From a bacterium (GTDB lineage Bacteria > Actinomycetota > Acidimicrobiia > Spongiisociales > Spongiisociaceae): a stretch of 64,000 nucleotides of DNA. Location of the stretch: contig JAPOQZ010000231.1 of NCBI GenBank assembly GCA_026710435.1, positions 12,959-76,958 of the forward strand. Direction: 5' to 3'. Position numbers and translations under genes: made by a program. The notes beneath the pieces are model-generated. The model made no database searches and was not told where the DNA came from. It worked only from the letters and a program-made list of their open reading frames with translations. Shown one piece after another: positions 25,641 through 35,763 of this stretch (positions within the stretch are counted from its first letter, which is position 1; each line of letters starts with the position of its first letter).

Positions 25641-26915
25641 ATGAAGACCCGCGGCGGAACGCGACGACGGACCCCTCGCAAGTGGGAACTCATCGCCATG
25701 CTGGCCGCCATAAGTGCCACTTCCGCCCTGGGGATCGACATAGCGCTTCCCGCCTTCACCGACATCCGGGGCGGGTTCGGTCTCTCTCCCGATTCGCCCC
25801 GGGTGGCCCTCACGGTCACCCTCTACTTTCTGGGCCTTGCCGGCGCCCAGGTGATATACGGCCCGTTCTCCGATCGGTACGGCCGCAAACCTGTGCTCTA
25901 CGCAGGCTTCTGCCTCTACACTCTCGGCGCCTTGGGCGCGGCGTTCGCGCCGAGTTTCGGCACCCTGCTGGCCAGCCGCTTCGTCTGGGGCGTTGGCGCC
26001 GCCGGACCTCGCGCCCTCACCCTGGCCATCGGCCGCGACCTGTACTCCGGGGATCGGCTCGCCCGCGTCCTGGCCGTCGTCGCGTCGATATTCATGATCG
26101 TCCCCGCGGTCGCACCGCTGATCGGGCACGCAGTGCTGAGCCTGGGCTCGTGGCGTTGGGTCATGGCTGCTCCGACGGCCGTGACGCTGGTGCTGGTTGT
26201 GTGGCTCATCCGGCTCCCGGAATCTCTCGAAGCGGACCGGCGCCGCCCCCTCACTCTCGCCCGGACCCGTGAAGCGGTCGCCGCGGTGTTCAGCAGCAAG
26301 GTGACCACCGGGTCTGCGCTGGCGGTCATGTTCGACTACGGCTCCTTCGCTGCTTTCCTAGGAAGTATCCAGCTCCTCTTCGACGATGTCTACGGTCGGG
26401 GAGACCAGTTCGCCTACTACTTCGCCGGGATGAGCCTGATGATGGGTGTGGTTGTCTTCGTCGGGAGCCGGGGCGTGAAGAAGGTCGGAGCCGAACGGGT
26501 GATCGTCCTGGCTCTGCCGTCGATGGTGGTGCTGTCCGTGGCCGTAGCAATCTGGTCGTGGCAGGCGGGCGGGCGGCCGGCGTTCCTCGTCTGGTTCGCT
26601 CTGATTACGGTGATCAACTCCCTGCGGACGCTCATCAATCCCCTTATCCAAGCTCGGGCGATGGAGCCGATGGGTGAACTGGCCGGGACGGCGGCTGCTG
26701 TAATCGGCACGGTAACAATGGGAGGCGGAGCGGTGCTGGCCAGCTTCGTAGACCGGGCAATCGCGGGATCGGTTACACCGCTCGCCGTGGCCTACGCCGG
26801 ATTCGGAATGCTGAACCTCGCCTTCGCGTTCTGGGCTCGCCGGCACCGACCCCGTCAAGAACCTGCCACGGGGGAAGCCGCGGCGGCGCCAACCAGCTTT
26901 GTCAACACCCCCTGA
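25641..26915 (+). CDS. MFS transporter (Bcr/CflA drug-resistance subfamily-like)
   Basis: 12-TM pattern with GPFSDRYGRKPV (MFS motif A). Confidence 0.8.
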   Translation: MKTRGGTRRRTPRKWELIAMLAAISATSALGIDIALPAFTDIRGGFGLSPDSPRVALTVTLYFLGLAGAQVIYGPFSDRYGRKPVLYAGFCLYTLGALGAAFAPSFGTLLASRFVWGVGAAGPRALTLAIGRDLYSGDRLARVLAVVASIFMIVPAVAPLIGHAVLSLGSWRWVMAAPTAVTLVLVVWLIRLPESLEADRRRPLTLARTREAVAAVFSSKVTTGSALAVMFDYGSFAAFLGSIQLLFDDVYGRGDQFAYYFAGMSLMMGVVVFVGSRGVKKVGAERVIVLALPSMVVLSVAVAIWSWQAGGRPAFLVWFALITVINSLRTLINPLIQARAMEPMGELAGTAAAVIGTVTMGGGAVLASFVDRAIAGSVTPLAVAYAGFGMLNLAFAFWARRHRPRQEPATGEAAAAPTSFVNTP

Positions 26916-27427
26916 AGCATCTCGAGGGTTGCGCCGTCGCCGATGCGGCCGTCCGGGTCGACCAGCGCGAACACTCGCTCGACCGGGTGCGGACCTCCGA
27001 CCACCCTCGCTCCGGCACTGCCGAGAACCGCGATCGCGGTTTCCTGGGACCGTAGAGCTCCGAAGCGGGACGGGCTCGCGCCGACCACCGACACCGGCTT
27101 GCCCGCGAATGCGGACTGGCCGTAAGGGCGGGATGCCCAGTCGATCAGGTTCTTCAACACACCCGTAATGCTCGAGTTGTACTCCGGTGATGCGATGAGG
27201 ACCGCGTCGGCAGAGCGGATCCGGCTTCGGAGCTCCAGTACCGGCTGCGGGGTCAGATCGCCCTCGAAGTCCTCGTTGAACAGCGGTATGTGCTGTCCAT
27301 CTTCGTAGATATCGATATCGACAGGGTCCCGGGCCAGCTGCCTTGTAGCGTCGAGGAGCTTCCTGTTGTAAGAGGCCCTCCTGAGGCTGCCCGGTATGGC
27401 CAGCACGCGAATGCGTTGTTCTTGCAA
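26855..27427 (-). CDS. NADPH-dependent FMN reductase
   Basis: RVLAIPGSLRRASYNRKLL and LIASPEYNSSITGVLKNLIDW. The TTG start at 27427 is preceded by GGAGGAG. Its 3' end overlaps the convergent MFS gene by 61 nt. Confidence 0.8.
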   Translation of the reverse strand: MQEQRIRVLAIPGSLRRASYNRKLLDATRQLARDPVDIDIYEDGQHIPLFNEDFEGDLTPQPVLELRSRIRSADAVLIASPEYNSSITGVLKNLIDWASRPYGQSAFAGKPVSVVGASPSRFGALRSQETAIAVLGSAGARVVGGPHPVERVFALVDPDGRIGDGATLEMLQGVLTKLVGAAAASPVAGS

Positions 27428-27496
27428 ACGGGCTCCTCCGGAAGGACTCTGCCCACTTGCCGATGGACACGACCCGCAGGAGGAACGGTTCCTGCC

Positions 27497-27526
27497 GTCC
27501 GTGGCGTCCGTGGCGTCCGTGGCGTC
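27497..27526. repeat. 9-bp tandem repeat GTCCGTGGC x 3.3, intergenic
   Basis: Read directly from the sequence, upstream of the FMN reductase start. Confidence 0.9.
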
Positions 27527-27835
27527 TGGCAGCCGCAAGGAAGTATATTCGAGAACAGGCGCCCGCAGGTCCACCCCCCAAGCCCTCGGCACTCAGGGAA
27601 CCCGGGGATGTGCCCCTGCTGCACGCCGGCAGGGGAGTTCTTGGCGATTACTCCGGCATGAGGCTCGCCCGCTACCTCACTACCCATGACCTCATAGTCC
27701 AAGAACACCTGAGACTCGATCGAGCGAGCCTCGGGCCATCCGGGCGACTCGCAACACCCTTCCGGGACCCTCGTTCCCCCTCCGCTGGACGAAGCGCGAA
27801 GCGGGACCGTTGCCGGTGGGACTACGTGGGTGTTG

Positions 27836-28657
27836 TCAACCCGATGCGGCTTCTCCCCGGTGCCTGGCCAGCCAGTCGAGCGTCGCGCGGTTGAAGGTCC
27901 CCGGATCCTGCATGCCGAACAGGTGCGAGCCACCGGGGAACACAATCAACTCGGCGTCGGGAATCCCATCGGCAAGCTCGCGGCTGAAGAACGGCGGAAG
28001 GCACATGTCGAGTTCTCCGACGGTAACGAGCGTTGGCGCCCTGACGAGTGACAGCCGGTCCGCTTCGTCGTGCGTCAGGTTCGCCTCGATCTGCCCGGCG
28101 AGACCGTCGATAGGTGACGAGTTGGCCTTCATCCTGGCAAGGATCTCGAGAGCAGAGTCGTAATGCTCCGTCAGGAAGTCGGGCGGGAACAGGTAGAGCA
28201 GCGCGGCCTCGTAGTAGAAGTCGAGGCCACCTTCCTCGAGGAACCGTTTGAGCAGCGACAGGTACATCCTGGCGTAGCCGTGGGTCTTGGCCCAGGCGCC
28301 ATGGAGTTGCAGGGTCGTCACGCGTTGGGGAAAGTCGATCGCCAGCCTCAAGGAGACAGCACCGCCCAGCGACATCCCGGACAGGTGGCAGGTGTCGATC
28401 CCGAGGTGATCCATCAGAGCGATGGTGTCATCGACCATCATCGGGACGGAATACGGACCGGGTGGCGCGGAACTCCGCCCTGATCCACGATTGTCGAAGA
28501 TCAGGCATCGGTACCGATCCTTGTAATCCTCGACCTGGGGCATCCACCGGGAGCCGTCGGCTCCGGTTCCGCGTACGAAGACCACCGGCGGACCATCGGC
28601 GGCGCCGTGCCACTCGTAATAGATCTCCACGCCCGTGCTCAGATTCGCTAATGCCAA
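27836..28657 (-). CDS. alpha/beta hydrolase
   Basis: Nucleophile elbow HLSGMSLGG and N-terminal VVFVRGTG. Confidence 0.85.
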   Translation of the reverse strand: MALANLSTGVEIYYEWHGAADGPPVVFVRGTGADGSRWMPQVEDYKDRYRCLIFDNRGSGRSSAPPGPYSVPMMVDDTIALMDHLGIDTCHLSGMSLGGAVSLRLAIDFPQRVTTLQLHGAWAKTHGYARMYLSLLKRFLEEGGLDFYYEAALLYLFPPDFLTEHYDSALEILARMKANSSPIDGLAGQIEANLTHDEADRLSLVRAPTLVTVGELDMCLPPFFSRELADGIPDAELIVFPGGSHLFGMQDPGTFNRATLDWLARHRGEAASG

Positions 28658-28684
28658 AAGGGCTCCTGGTAGGGGGCCTGCATG

Positions 28685-30100
28685 TTACAAGCCGGCTGCC
28701 GGCGAGAACCCTGTGTCCGGAAGGACCGCGGCCGCTCCGGCTGCAGCATCCATCACCGCGTTCTCGGACAGGGTTTGCCCGGTTAGTTGAACTCCCAGAG
28801 GAAGCCCGTCGCTGTCCAGACCGTTGGGTACCGCGCATACGGGCAGTCCGAACAGGTCCTGGGCGACGGTGTAGTCCATCACGACATCGCGGAACGGCGC
28901 CTCCCCGGCGGCGTCGGACGAGACGTCCGGTTCGGATGTCGTGGACGGTCCGCCGGCCGTGATCGGGGTCAACACAACGTCGACCTCGTCGAAGAGACGG
29001 GCGAAGCGGTGCCGGAGAACCCGCGTGCTCGCGCGAGCCGACAGGTAGTCGGACAGGGTGACCTCGGCCGACATCTCGAGCCGTCCCCTCACATCGGCTC
29101 CGTATTCGGAAGCCCGCTCGGGGAAGATGCCCATAACCGACGAATGGACGTGGTAGGCCTCGGCCATCTGGATCGTCGCGAAGGTCGGCCGGATCTCCTC
29201 CGCCCAAGGGAAATCGAGATCGACTAGCAAGGCGCCCGCGTCCGACATGGCGTCGACGGCTGCATCGAAGCGGGCCTGGTGATCCTTCCGGAGGGCGCGG
29301 AGGTGGAAGTCGGCAACCACCCCTACCCGCACGCCGGCCAGCGACGGCGTAACGGTGTCCGAAGGAGGCCGGACGGGCAGCGTGCTCGGGTCGGACGCGT
29401 CGTATCCGGCCATGGCCGCCAGACCGATCGCCAGATCCGGAACCGTTCGGGCGAGCGGCCCCGGGTGGTCCAAGGAGGGAGCGAGCGACACGGCTCCGCG
29501 CTTGGCGACCCGGCCGTAGGTCGGTTTGATCCCCGCGACACCGCAGAAGCAGGCGGGGATGCGGATCGAACCACCGGTGTCGCTCCCGAGCGCCAGCGGC
29601 ACCATGCCCGCGGCAAGCGCCGCCGCGGTCCCCCCGCTCGATCCTCCCGGTACGCGGCCGGTGTCCCAGGGGTTCAGGGTACTGCCGAGCTTCGCATGCT
29701 GGGTGGTGATCCCCCAGCCGAACTCATGGGAGCGCGTGGTGCCGATCACGATGGCGCCGGCCTGCCTCCAGCGTGCCACCGCGGCCGCATCGGAGGGTGC
29801 GATCCGGTCCAGAAGGATGGTGGACCCGTAGCATCCCACCGCGCCTTCCACGTCGAAGAGTTCCTTGATGCCGACCGGAATGCCGTGGAGCGGACCCCTC
29901 CACTCTCCCCTGGCGAGTTCGTCGCTGCGCCGCCGCGCCTCCTTCAAGGCGCGGTCGTGGAAAACCTCACGGAATGCTCCGATGGACGAGTCGATACGCG
30001 CTATCCGCTGCAAGGAGGACTCGACGACTTCGACAGGTGAAGCCGTCCCGCTCCTGTAGGCGTCGACCAACTCCGAGACCGGGTATTGCCAGAGAGCCAT
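28685..30100 (-). CDS. amidase (amidase-signature family)
   Basis: GGSSGGTAAALAAG signature. I chose the ATG at 30100 inside ORF 28685..30262. Confidence 0.85.
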   Translation of the reverse strand: MALWQYPVSELVDAYRSGTASPVEVVESSLQRIARIDSSIGAFREVFHDRALKEARRRSDELARGEWRGPLHGIPVGIKELFDVEGAVGCYGSTILLDRIAPSDAAAVARWRQAGAIVIGTTRSHEFGWGITTQHAKLGSTLNPWDTGRVPGGSSGGTAAALAAGMVPLALGSDTGGSIRIPACFCGVAGIKPTYGRVAKRGAVSLAPSLDHPGPLARTVPDLAIGLAAMAGYDASDPSTLPVRPPSDTVTPSLAGVRVGVVADFHLRALRKDHQARFDAAVDAMSDAGALLVDLDFPWAEEIRPTFATIQMAEAYHVHSSVMGIFPERASEYGADVRGRLEMSAEVTLSDYLSARASTRVLRHRFARLFDEVDVVLTPITAGGPSTTSEPDVSSDAAGEAPFRDVVMDYTVAQDLFGLPVCAVPNGLDSDGLPLGVQLTGQTLSENAVMDAAAGAAAVLPDTGFSPAAGL

Positions 30101-30105
30101 GTGTG

Positions 30106-30501
30106 CTAGAGGGCGATGGCCGGTACGTAGCCGGCTTCTTCGAGGCTTCCCGCCCCACCCAGGACCCAATAGATAATCAGTTCCTCGGCTCCGACCGACT
30201 CGGCGCCGTGAAGGGTGTTGCGGGGAATGAAGATGATGTCGCCCGGTCCGATGTCGTACCACTCATCCCCCACAAGGTGGCGACCGCGGCCGGACTGGAC
30301 GATCACCACCTCCTCCGCGTTCGGATGAAGGTGGATCTCGTGGGTTCCTCCGTGCGGGGGATAGATGGTCTGGCCCACTCCGGTTAGTTCGGCACCGTTG
30401 CGCTCGTCGCTCACCAGCCACCTCACATCCAGATGGCTGAAGGCCGTTCCCGAGAGGTCGGACGGGGGCGTGGTATCGGCGCGTACGACGTATTCGGGCA
30501 C
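30106..30501 (-). CDS. cupin domain protein
   Basis: GGTHEIHLHPNAEEVVIVQSGRG...GDIIFIPRNTLHG are the two cupin motifs. The GTG at 30501 is preceded by AAGGAG. It is the first gene of a cupin-amidase-hydrolase operon. Confidence 0.7.
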   Translation of the reverse strand: MPEYVVRADTTPPSDLSGTAFSHLDVRWLVSDERNGAELTGVGQTIYPPHGGTHEIHLHPNAEEVVIVQSGRGRHLVGDEWYDIGPGDIIFIPRNTLHGAESVGAEELIIYWVLGGAGSLEEAGYVPAIAL

Positions 30502-30671
30502 TCGGAGCTCCTTTCGTGAGGAGGGATATACTTTAGGGGGGTATTCGAGAACGGATCTTGCGGGGTTCGCCTGTTGGCAGGTCACCTTGCCGGAGAGTCG
30601 TAGGATTCGAGCGAACCCTTTGCACGGGGTTTTGATGTCCCCAAGACGACCTCCGGACAGGCAAGTATGCG

Positions 30672-31520
30672 ATGGTTGTAGCCCAGGATCCACCCGCTCT
30701 CGGTTCCGATGTGACGGTATCCGACCGATCCAACGGGTCGGTTGCACTCGAGGTCCGTTCATTGTCGAAGTCGTTCGGGGCAGTCCGCGCCGCGAGGAAG
30801 GTGACCTTCGAGATCCGGCGCGGCGAAGTGCTGGGGCTCCTCGGGGACAACGGCGCCGGCAAGACCACGGTGGTGAACTGCATCTCGGGCGGCCTCACGC
30901 CGGACTCGGGAGAGATACTCATCAACGGTTCCGTCGTGTCCATCGAGAGCCCTCAGGCCGCCCACCGCCTCGGCGTCGAGACCGTCCACCAGGATCTGTC
31001 GCTGGTGGACACGCTCGACGTAGCGACCAACCTCTTCCTGAACCGGGAGCACACGTTCCGGTGGGGAATCTTCGGCTGGCTGGGATGGCTCGACCGCCGC
31101 CGCATGTACAGGGAGTCCAGGCAGATCCTCGACCGGCTGAGCATCGAGATCCCCTCGGTCCGCCAACCTGTCGACAAGCTGTCGGGTGGTCAACGCCAAG
31201 CGGTGGCGGTCGGCCGGGCGGTGGCATGGGGAAACCACATCGTGGTCCTCGACGAACCGACCGCCGCTCTCGGTGTCGAGCAGACCCGCCTGGTGCTGGA
31301 CCTGATCGAGCGACTCAAGAAGCAAGGAGTGGCAGTCCTCCTCGTCAGCCACAACATGCACGATGTCATCAAAGTCTGCGATCGGGTGATCGTGCTCCGC
31401 CACGGCATGAAGATCGGCGAACTCGAGAGCATGGAGGGCATCACCCCCCGCCATCTCGTCGACATGATCACCGGCGTGGCGCTCGGAGACCTCGACACCG
31501 CCCGCCATACGGATACGTAG
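30672..31520 (+). CDS. single-domain sugar-type ABC transporter ATP-binding protein (FrcA-like), not next to any permease
   Basis: GDNGAGKTT (Walker A), LSGGQRQAVAVGRA (signature), VVLDEPTAAL (Walker B). The start is uncertain. Confidence 0.85.
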   Translation: MVVAQDPPALGSDVTVSDRSNGSVALEVRSLSKSFGAVRAARKVTFEIRRGEVLGLLGDNGAGKTTVVNCISGGLTPDSGEILINGSVVSIESPQAAHRLGVETVHQDLSLVDTLDVATNLFLNREHTFRWGIFGWLGWLDRRRMYRESRQILDRLSIEIPSVRQPVDKLSGGQRQAVAVGRAVAWGNHIVVLDEPTAALGVEQTRLVLDLIERLKKQGVAVLLVSHNMHDVIKVCDRVIVLRHGMKIGELESMEGITPRHLVDMITGVALGDLDTARHTDT

Positions 31521-31609
31521 AGCAGGCTCGAAGGCGACGACAACGGCTCGCCCAACTACGCCGACCGTTGATATGAGCAGCACAGATATCAATATCAGTG
31601 CGCAACAGC

Positions 31610-31621
31610 TAACTATAGTTA
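31610..31621. promoter_or_regulatory. 12-bp palindrome TAACTATAGTTA in an AT-rich patch upstream of the HicB-like gene
   Basis: Perfect palindrome. A nearby inverted repeat is TTGATAT-n11-ATATCAA at ~31568-31592. It is a local AT-rich island in a GC-rich genome. Confidence 0.3.
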
Positions 31622-31693
31622 TCACAAGTCCGTATCATTGGTTTCCGAGCGACCGGAAGGGTTTTCAGGCATGGGCCACGGAGCGGAGGCCTG

Positions 31694-31960
31694 ATGGATC
31701 GGGAGACCCCAACACCACCGGGCTGGATCGAGAAGTGGGCTACAGTTGCTGCCGCCCAAGCCGTGATTGAACCGATGGGAGCCCCGGACGGGTTTTACGC
31801 CGAGGTGGCTGAAGCGCCGGGCGCGTGGAGCTACGGGGATACCGAAGTCGAGGCGCTATCCGTTCTTCATAGCGTGTTGGTCGGGTGGGCCGCTCTGAAG
31901 TTGGCCGATGGGGATACTGACATTCCCGTGATCGGCGGGGTTAGCCTCCACCACCGATGA
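31694..31960 (+). CDS. HicB-family antitoxin-like protein (88 aa)
   Basis: GFYAEVAEAPGAWSYGDTEVEALSVLHSVLVGW fits the HicB/UPF0150 core. GGAGG lies 5 nt before the ATG. Confidence 0.5.
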   Translation: MDRETPTPPGWIEKWATVAAAQAVIEPMGAPDGFYAEVAEAPGAWSYGDTEVEALSVLHSVLVGWAALKLADGDTDIPVIGGVSLHHR

Positions 31961-32018
31961 GCCGGACGCGGCGCCGGCTCCTGCCAGCCCGGAGAATCCT
32001 GATACGCCGGCTACGCAG

Positions 32019-32038
32019 CTTGTTCAGCGCCCTCCTGG
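32019..32038 (+). repeat. possible solo right end of the nested-palindrome repeat (degenerate copy G)
   Basis: CTTGTTCAGCGCCCTCCTGG against the family right end GTTGTTCAGCACCCTCCTAG. Weaker similarity extends ~45 nt to the left. Confidence 0.3.
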
Positions 32039-32143
32039 GCACGCTCGTGTGACCAGTGCGCGCGGTGGTCCGGAAGGACGCTTGAGAACGGTAAGAACAG
32101 TTGGCGAGCCGTCGGCTACCGGCTAGTTTCGGCATCGACCACC

Positions 32144-33034
32144 ATGCCGGCAGAGATGCTTCCACCCAAGGAAAGGACATGGACCGTGGCGACGATGTTG
32201 ATGGGCTATGACACGGAATACCACGCCATCGGTGAGAACCTGGCGAGAGGCGGCGGGGAGAGCTTCTACGGCTCGCTGCCCGACGACGCCACCGAAGCAG
32301 GAGTCGACATCATCACCGCCAACCACGAAGCCCTCGGCGTCACGGGCACACTGTTCGTGTGCGGTCGTACGCTGCTCCATTGCCTCCCCGCGCTCAAGGA
32401 GGCCGCCGGCAATCCCCTGATCGACATCCAGCAGCACACCTACAGCCACATCCTCTTGAAGGACGACACCTGGCGGGGAGGCCTGTTCCCGCAGTCGCCG
32501 ACCGAAGCCCTCTACCACGAACTCGGGGCGACATCCGCGCTGCTCAAGCAACACCTCGATGTCGACTGTATCGGGCTGCGGACCCCACACGGTTACTACC
32601 TGGGTCTCTCCGACCGGCCCGACCGACTCCAGATGCTGGCAGACGTCGGCATCGAGTTCGTGAGCTCGTGGGGCCGGAACTCGGAGCACGACAACCCCAC
32701 CCCACTCGACGTCCAACCCTTCTGGTACGGGGAACAGGGATTCCCGAACATCCTGGAACTGCCCTTCCAGCACTGGCTGGACGGTTTCTGGTTCGAGGAG
32801 TACGGCATCGACCGGGGCGCAGACTTCCTCGAAGTCCTCAAGCAGGGAGTGGACGAGATCGTCGAGAAGGACCTGGTCTACGGTGCTTGTTTCCACGAGT
32901 GGGCGATGATCCGTTACAACGAGGCGGGGACGGGCTGGGCGCGTGGAGTGATGGAGTACGCGCTGGAGCAGGGCGTAGAAGTGATGTCCTATACCGACTA
33001 CTACAACCAGCAACTGCAGCAGCGCGGATCGTGA
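32144..33034 (+). CDS. polysaccharide deacetylase (NodB / CE4-like) family protein
   Basis: QQHTYSH (NodB H-S/T-x-x-H motif). The size fits. Confidence 0.7.
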   Translation: MPAEMLPPKERTWTVATMLMGYDTEYHAIGENLARGGGESFYGSLPDDATEAGVDIITANHEALGVTGTLFVCGRTLLHCLPALKEAAGNPLIDIQQHTYSHILLKDDTWRGGLFPQSPTEALYHELGATSALLKQHLDVDCIGLRTPHGYYLGLSDRPDRLQMLADVGIEFVSSWGRNSEHDNPTPLDVQPFWYGEQGFPNILELPFQHWLDGFWFEEYGIDRGADFLEVLKQGVDEIVEKDLVYGACFHEWAMIRYNEAGTGWARGVMEYALEQGVEVMSYTDYYNQQLQQRGS

Positions 33035-33399
33035 CGGCTCGGGCGTTGGCGCGCGGGCGGCTGCCGCTCCTGGTCGCGCTCTCGGTGCTGGCAGTATCCT
33101 GTTACCTACCGCGCGCCGACGTCGAGCGCGACGTTGAGACATTCGTACTGGCGAGCGTCTCCCAGTGCTCGTCGGAATCGGTGGGCGGTATGTTGCGGAA
33201 CGACTCCGACGTGGGAGTGCGGCTGGAGCTAGTGGCGATGTGGCTGGACCTCTCCAGCGAGGTCTACCACGAGGTTGGGTTCACGGTGCCCCGGGTCGAA
33301 GCCGGAAGCGAACTGCCATACTCGGTTGGCGCCGGGGCCGAGGTGGACCCGCCGCTGCTGTGCACCGTGGAGACGTCATCCGTAGAGGTGATCGAATGA
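33031..33399 (+). CDS. hypothetical lipoprotein-like protein (122 aa)
   Basis: The GTG overlaps the upstream stop (GTGA). N-terminal RGRLPLLVALSVLAVSC is a signal peptide with a lipobox-like cysteine. Confidence 0.4.
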   Translation: MTARALARGRLPLLVALSVLAVSCYLPRADVERDVETFVLASVSQCSSESVGGMLRNDSDVGVRLELVAMWLDLSSEVYHEVGFTVPRVEAGSELPYSVGAGAEVDPPLLCTVETSSVEVIE

Positions 33400-33448
33400 G
33401 CACCACAACAACTGTTCAGGTGGTTCCAGGACGGCAAGGAGGTCAAGC

Positions 33449-34318
33449 ATGCAGACGGTGACTGACGAGGTGCGCACGAGCGCGCTGAGCGCCGACGAGC
33501 TTGTGGAGTTCCACCACAAGGGGTTTCTGCGGCCCGGCCGTGTCTTCACCACGGAGCAGGTCGAGACGTTGCGGGACGTGGTGGAGAGGGCCCGCGTGCT
33601 CCAAAGGGGGAAGGGCGAGGAATGGGACCTGCTCGATCCCGCCATCTGGCCGGAGGACAGCGTGCTCCCTCCCGAACCGGGAAAGTCGGTCGGGTTCCTC
33701 TTCAACCTGTGGACATGGGACCAGGACATCCGGATCGTCTCGTTCAACCCGGTCCTGGCCGGGTGGGCGGCCCAGCTGACGGGATCCCGAGAGGTCCGCA
33801 TCCTCGAGGACAACGCCCTGTTCAAGGATCCGGGCAAGGGCGGCAGCCTCAAGTGGCACCAGGACTATCCCTACTGGCCTCTCGCCCAGCCGAACGCCGT
33901 CACCGCGTGGGTGGCGCTCGACGACGTGACCGCCGAGAACGGGGCCATGCAGATGGTGCCGGGGAGCCATGTCATGGGCGAGACGCTGCCCGCCGCTTTC
34001 GGGACGGGCTCCACCTACCTGGAAGACCTGCGGCCCCCGACCGTGCGGCCGATCGACGATCCTGCCGAGGTGGGCCTACCGGTTGAGACGATCACCGTTC
34101 CGGCCGGGTCCGTCTCCATGCACCACTGCTTAACGTGGCACGCCTCGCTTCCGAACGTCTCGACCATCCCCCGCCGGGCGATCGTCGTGCGCTTCGTGGC
34201 CGACGGCACCCGGTGGTTCGGCAGCAGGCGCTACGAGTTCAACTACTCCGACGACGAGGTGGGTATCGAGATCGGCGACCCGATCGGCGGCAAGTACTTC
34301 CCGCTCGTCCCGTTCTGA
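33449..34318 (+). CDS. phytanoyl-CoA dioxygenase (PhyH) family Fe(II)/2-oxoglutarate oxygenase
   Basis: LKWHQDYPYWP and a later MVPGSH are the family metal-ligand contexts. Confidence 0.85.
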   Translation: MQTVTDEVRTSALSADELVEFHHKGFLRPGRVFTTEQVETLRDVVERARVLQRGKGEEWDLLDPAIWPEDSVLPPEPGKSVGFLFNLWTWDQDIRIVSFNPVLAGWAAQLTGSREVRILEDNALFKDPGKGGSLKWHQDYPYWPLAQPNAVTAWVALDDVTAENGAMQMVPGSHVMGETLPAAFGTGSTYLEDLRPPTVRPIDDPAEVGLPVETITVPAGSVSMHHCLTWHASLPNVSTIPRRAIVVRFVADGTRWFGSRRYEFNYSDDEVGIEIGDPIGGKYFPLVPF

Positions 34319-34340
34319 TCAGGAAAGGGGAGGTAAGGCC

Positions 34341-35702
34341 ATGACCGGGTACCGCTTCAACGGGGGTCGGGTGCTGACCTGCGAGGACCAATCGGTCATA
34401 GATCGAGGTTGCGTCGTGGTCGAGGACGACCGGATCGCCTGGGTGGGTGACTCCGACGCCGTACCCGAGGAGTACCTGGCGAACGGCTACGAAGAGGTCG
34501 ACACGACCGGTACCACGGTGATGCCGGGACTGGTCGACGGGCACATGCACATCAGTTTCGGTGAGGCGACCTCGGAGGAGGAGCTTTCGATCTATACCCC
34601 CGCGGAGTATCGAGCGATCCGGGCCTCGGTAGACGCGGAGAAGGCGCTGATGGCAGGCGTCACCTCCAGTTGCGACCCGGGGGGTCCGTACTCCGTGGCG
34701 ATCGCCGTCCGTGACGCCATCGAGGCAGGCCTCGTGCAGGGACCGCGGATGGCGTGCGCCGGCAAGCAGATCACCACGCAGCAGGGGATCTCGGATGGCT
34801 TCCCCAGCTGGATCGGGGTTCCCGAGTCGTCGTTCGGGGCGCTGGTCCGCAACCGGGACGAACTGCTCCAGGAGATCCGCAACGAGGTGAAGGACGGAGT
34901 GAACGTCATCAAGATCGCCGGGTCCGGCAACTCGTCGGACGAGTACGCCTCCTTCCGCCTCGAGGAACTCGAGTTGGCCGTCGACGAGGCGCACCGGCTG
35001 GGGCGTCCCGTCACCATCCACGCCCGCTCCCGCCAATCGGTCGAGTACGCGGCCAAGGCCGGCGTCGACTGGATAATGCATGCGTCATACATGGATCACC
35101 CGACGCTCCAGATGGTCATCGAGAAGGACATTCCCCTGCTCCCGGCCATGACCCTGCTGGTCAACACCCTCGAGGCCAACCGGGCCGACCTCTCCCCTCC
35201 CCTGCGGGACCGGTTCAAGCGCGAGTTGGATGCCGCGGCGGCCATCCTCAGTGAGGCACACCGGAACGGCGCCACGCTGGTCGGGGGCTCGGAGTCTGGC
35301 TTCGCCATGACCCCTTACGGGGAGTGGCACGCCAGGGAGATGGAACTCTTCGTCGACCTCCTCGGCATGTCCCACTTCGAGGCGCTGCTCTCCATGACAC
35401 GAAACAGCGCCATCACCCTGCCCCAGCATGCCGGATCGATCGGCACCCTGACCGCGGGCAAGTACGCCGACCTGCTGGTCGTGGAGGGCAACCCGGACGA
35501 GAACGTCACGATCCTGCAGGACCGGGCAAGAATCCGTACCATCCTCAAAGCTGGCCGACCGGTCTCGCCGTGGCGGCCGACCTCGATACCGAGAACCAAG
35601 CACCCGTTCGAGAAGACTCACGTCTACACCCCGCAGGTTTACCGGTTCGAGGAGCGGGCCGGATCGTTGGACTCCTACGCGGCACTGATATCGACTCTGT
35701 GA
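34341..35702 (+). CDS. amidohydrolase family protein
   Basis: MPGLVDGHMHISFG (HxH) and HARS...; a paralogue-like relative of 12282..13523. Confidence 0.85.
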   Translation: MTGYRFNGGRVLTCEDQSVIDRGCVVVEDDRIAWVGDSDAVPEEYLANGYEEVDTTGTTVMPGLVDGHMHISFGEATSEEELSIYTPAEYRAIRASVDAEKALMAGVTSSCDPGGPYSVAIAVRDAIEAGLVQGPRMACAGKQITTQQGISDGFPSWIGVPESSFGALVRNRDELLQEIRNEVKDGVNVIKIAGSGNSSDEYASFRLEELELAVDEAHRLGRPVTIHARSRQSVEYAAKAGVDWIMHASYMDHPTLQMVIEKDIPLLPAMTLLVNTLEANRADLSPPLRDRFKRELDAAAAILSEAHRNGATLVGGSESGFAMTPYGEWHAREMELFVDLLGMSHFEALLSMTRNSAITLPQHAGSIGTLTAGKYADLLVVEGNPDENVTILQDRARIRTILKAGRPVSPWRPTSIPRTKHPFEKTHVYTPQVYRFEERAGSLDSYAALISTL

Positions 35703-35763
35703 GGTGTGCCATCCGGCGGAGGCGACCCGACCGCACCGAGACTCTGGAAGAAAGGAGAGTTCC

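Noticed and set aside
27428-27835. A possible gene in the 400-nt gap between the FMN reductase and the alpha/beta hydrolase (ORFs 27253..27945 - and 27457..27894 +).
   Set aside because: Neither translation shows motifs, a plausible RBS or a plausible composition. The region contains the 9-bp tandem repeat and is more likely promoter or leader sequence.
31957-32143. A 31-codon ORF overlapping the HicB-like stop (MSRTRRRLLPARRILIRRLRSLFSALLGTLV) as a degraded HicA toxin.
   Set aside because: Similarity to HicA is vague. The same DNA (especially 32019-32038) matches the right end of the 107-bp repeat family better, so the apparent peptide is probably repeat-derived.
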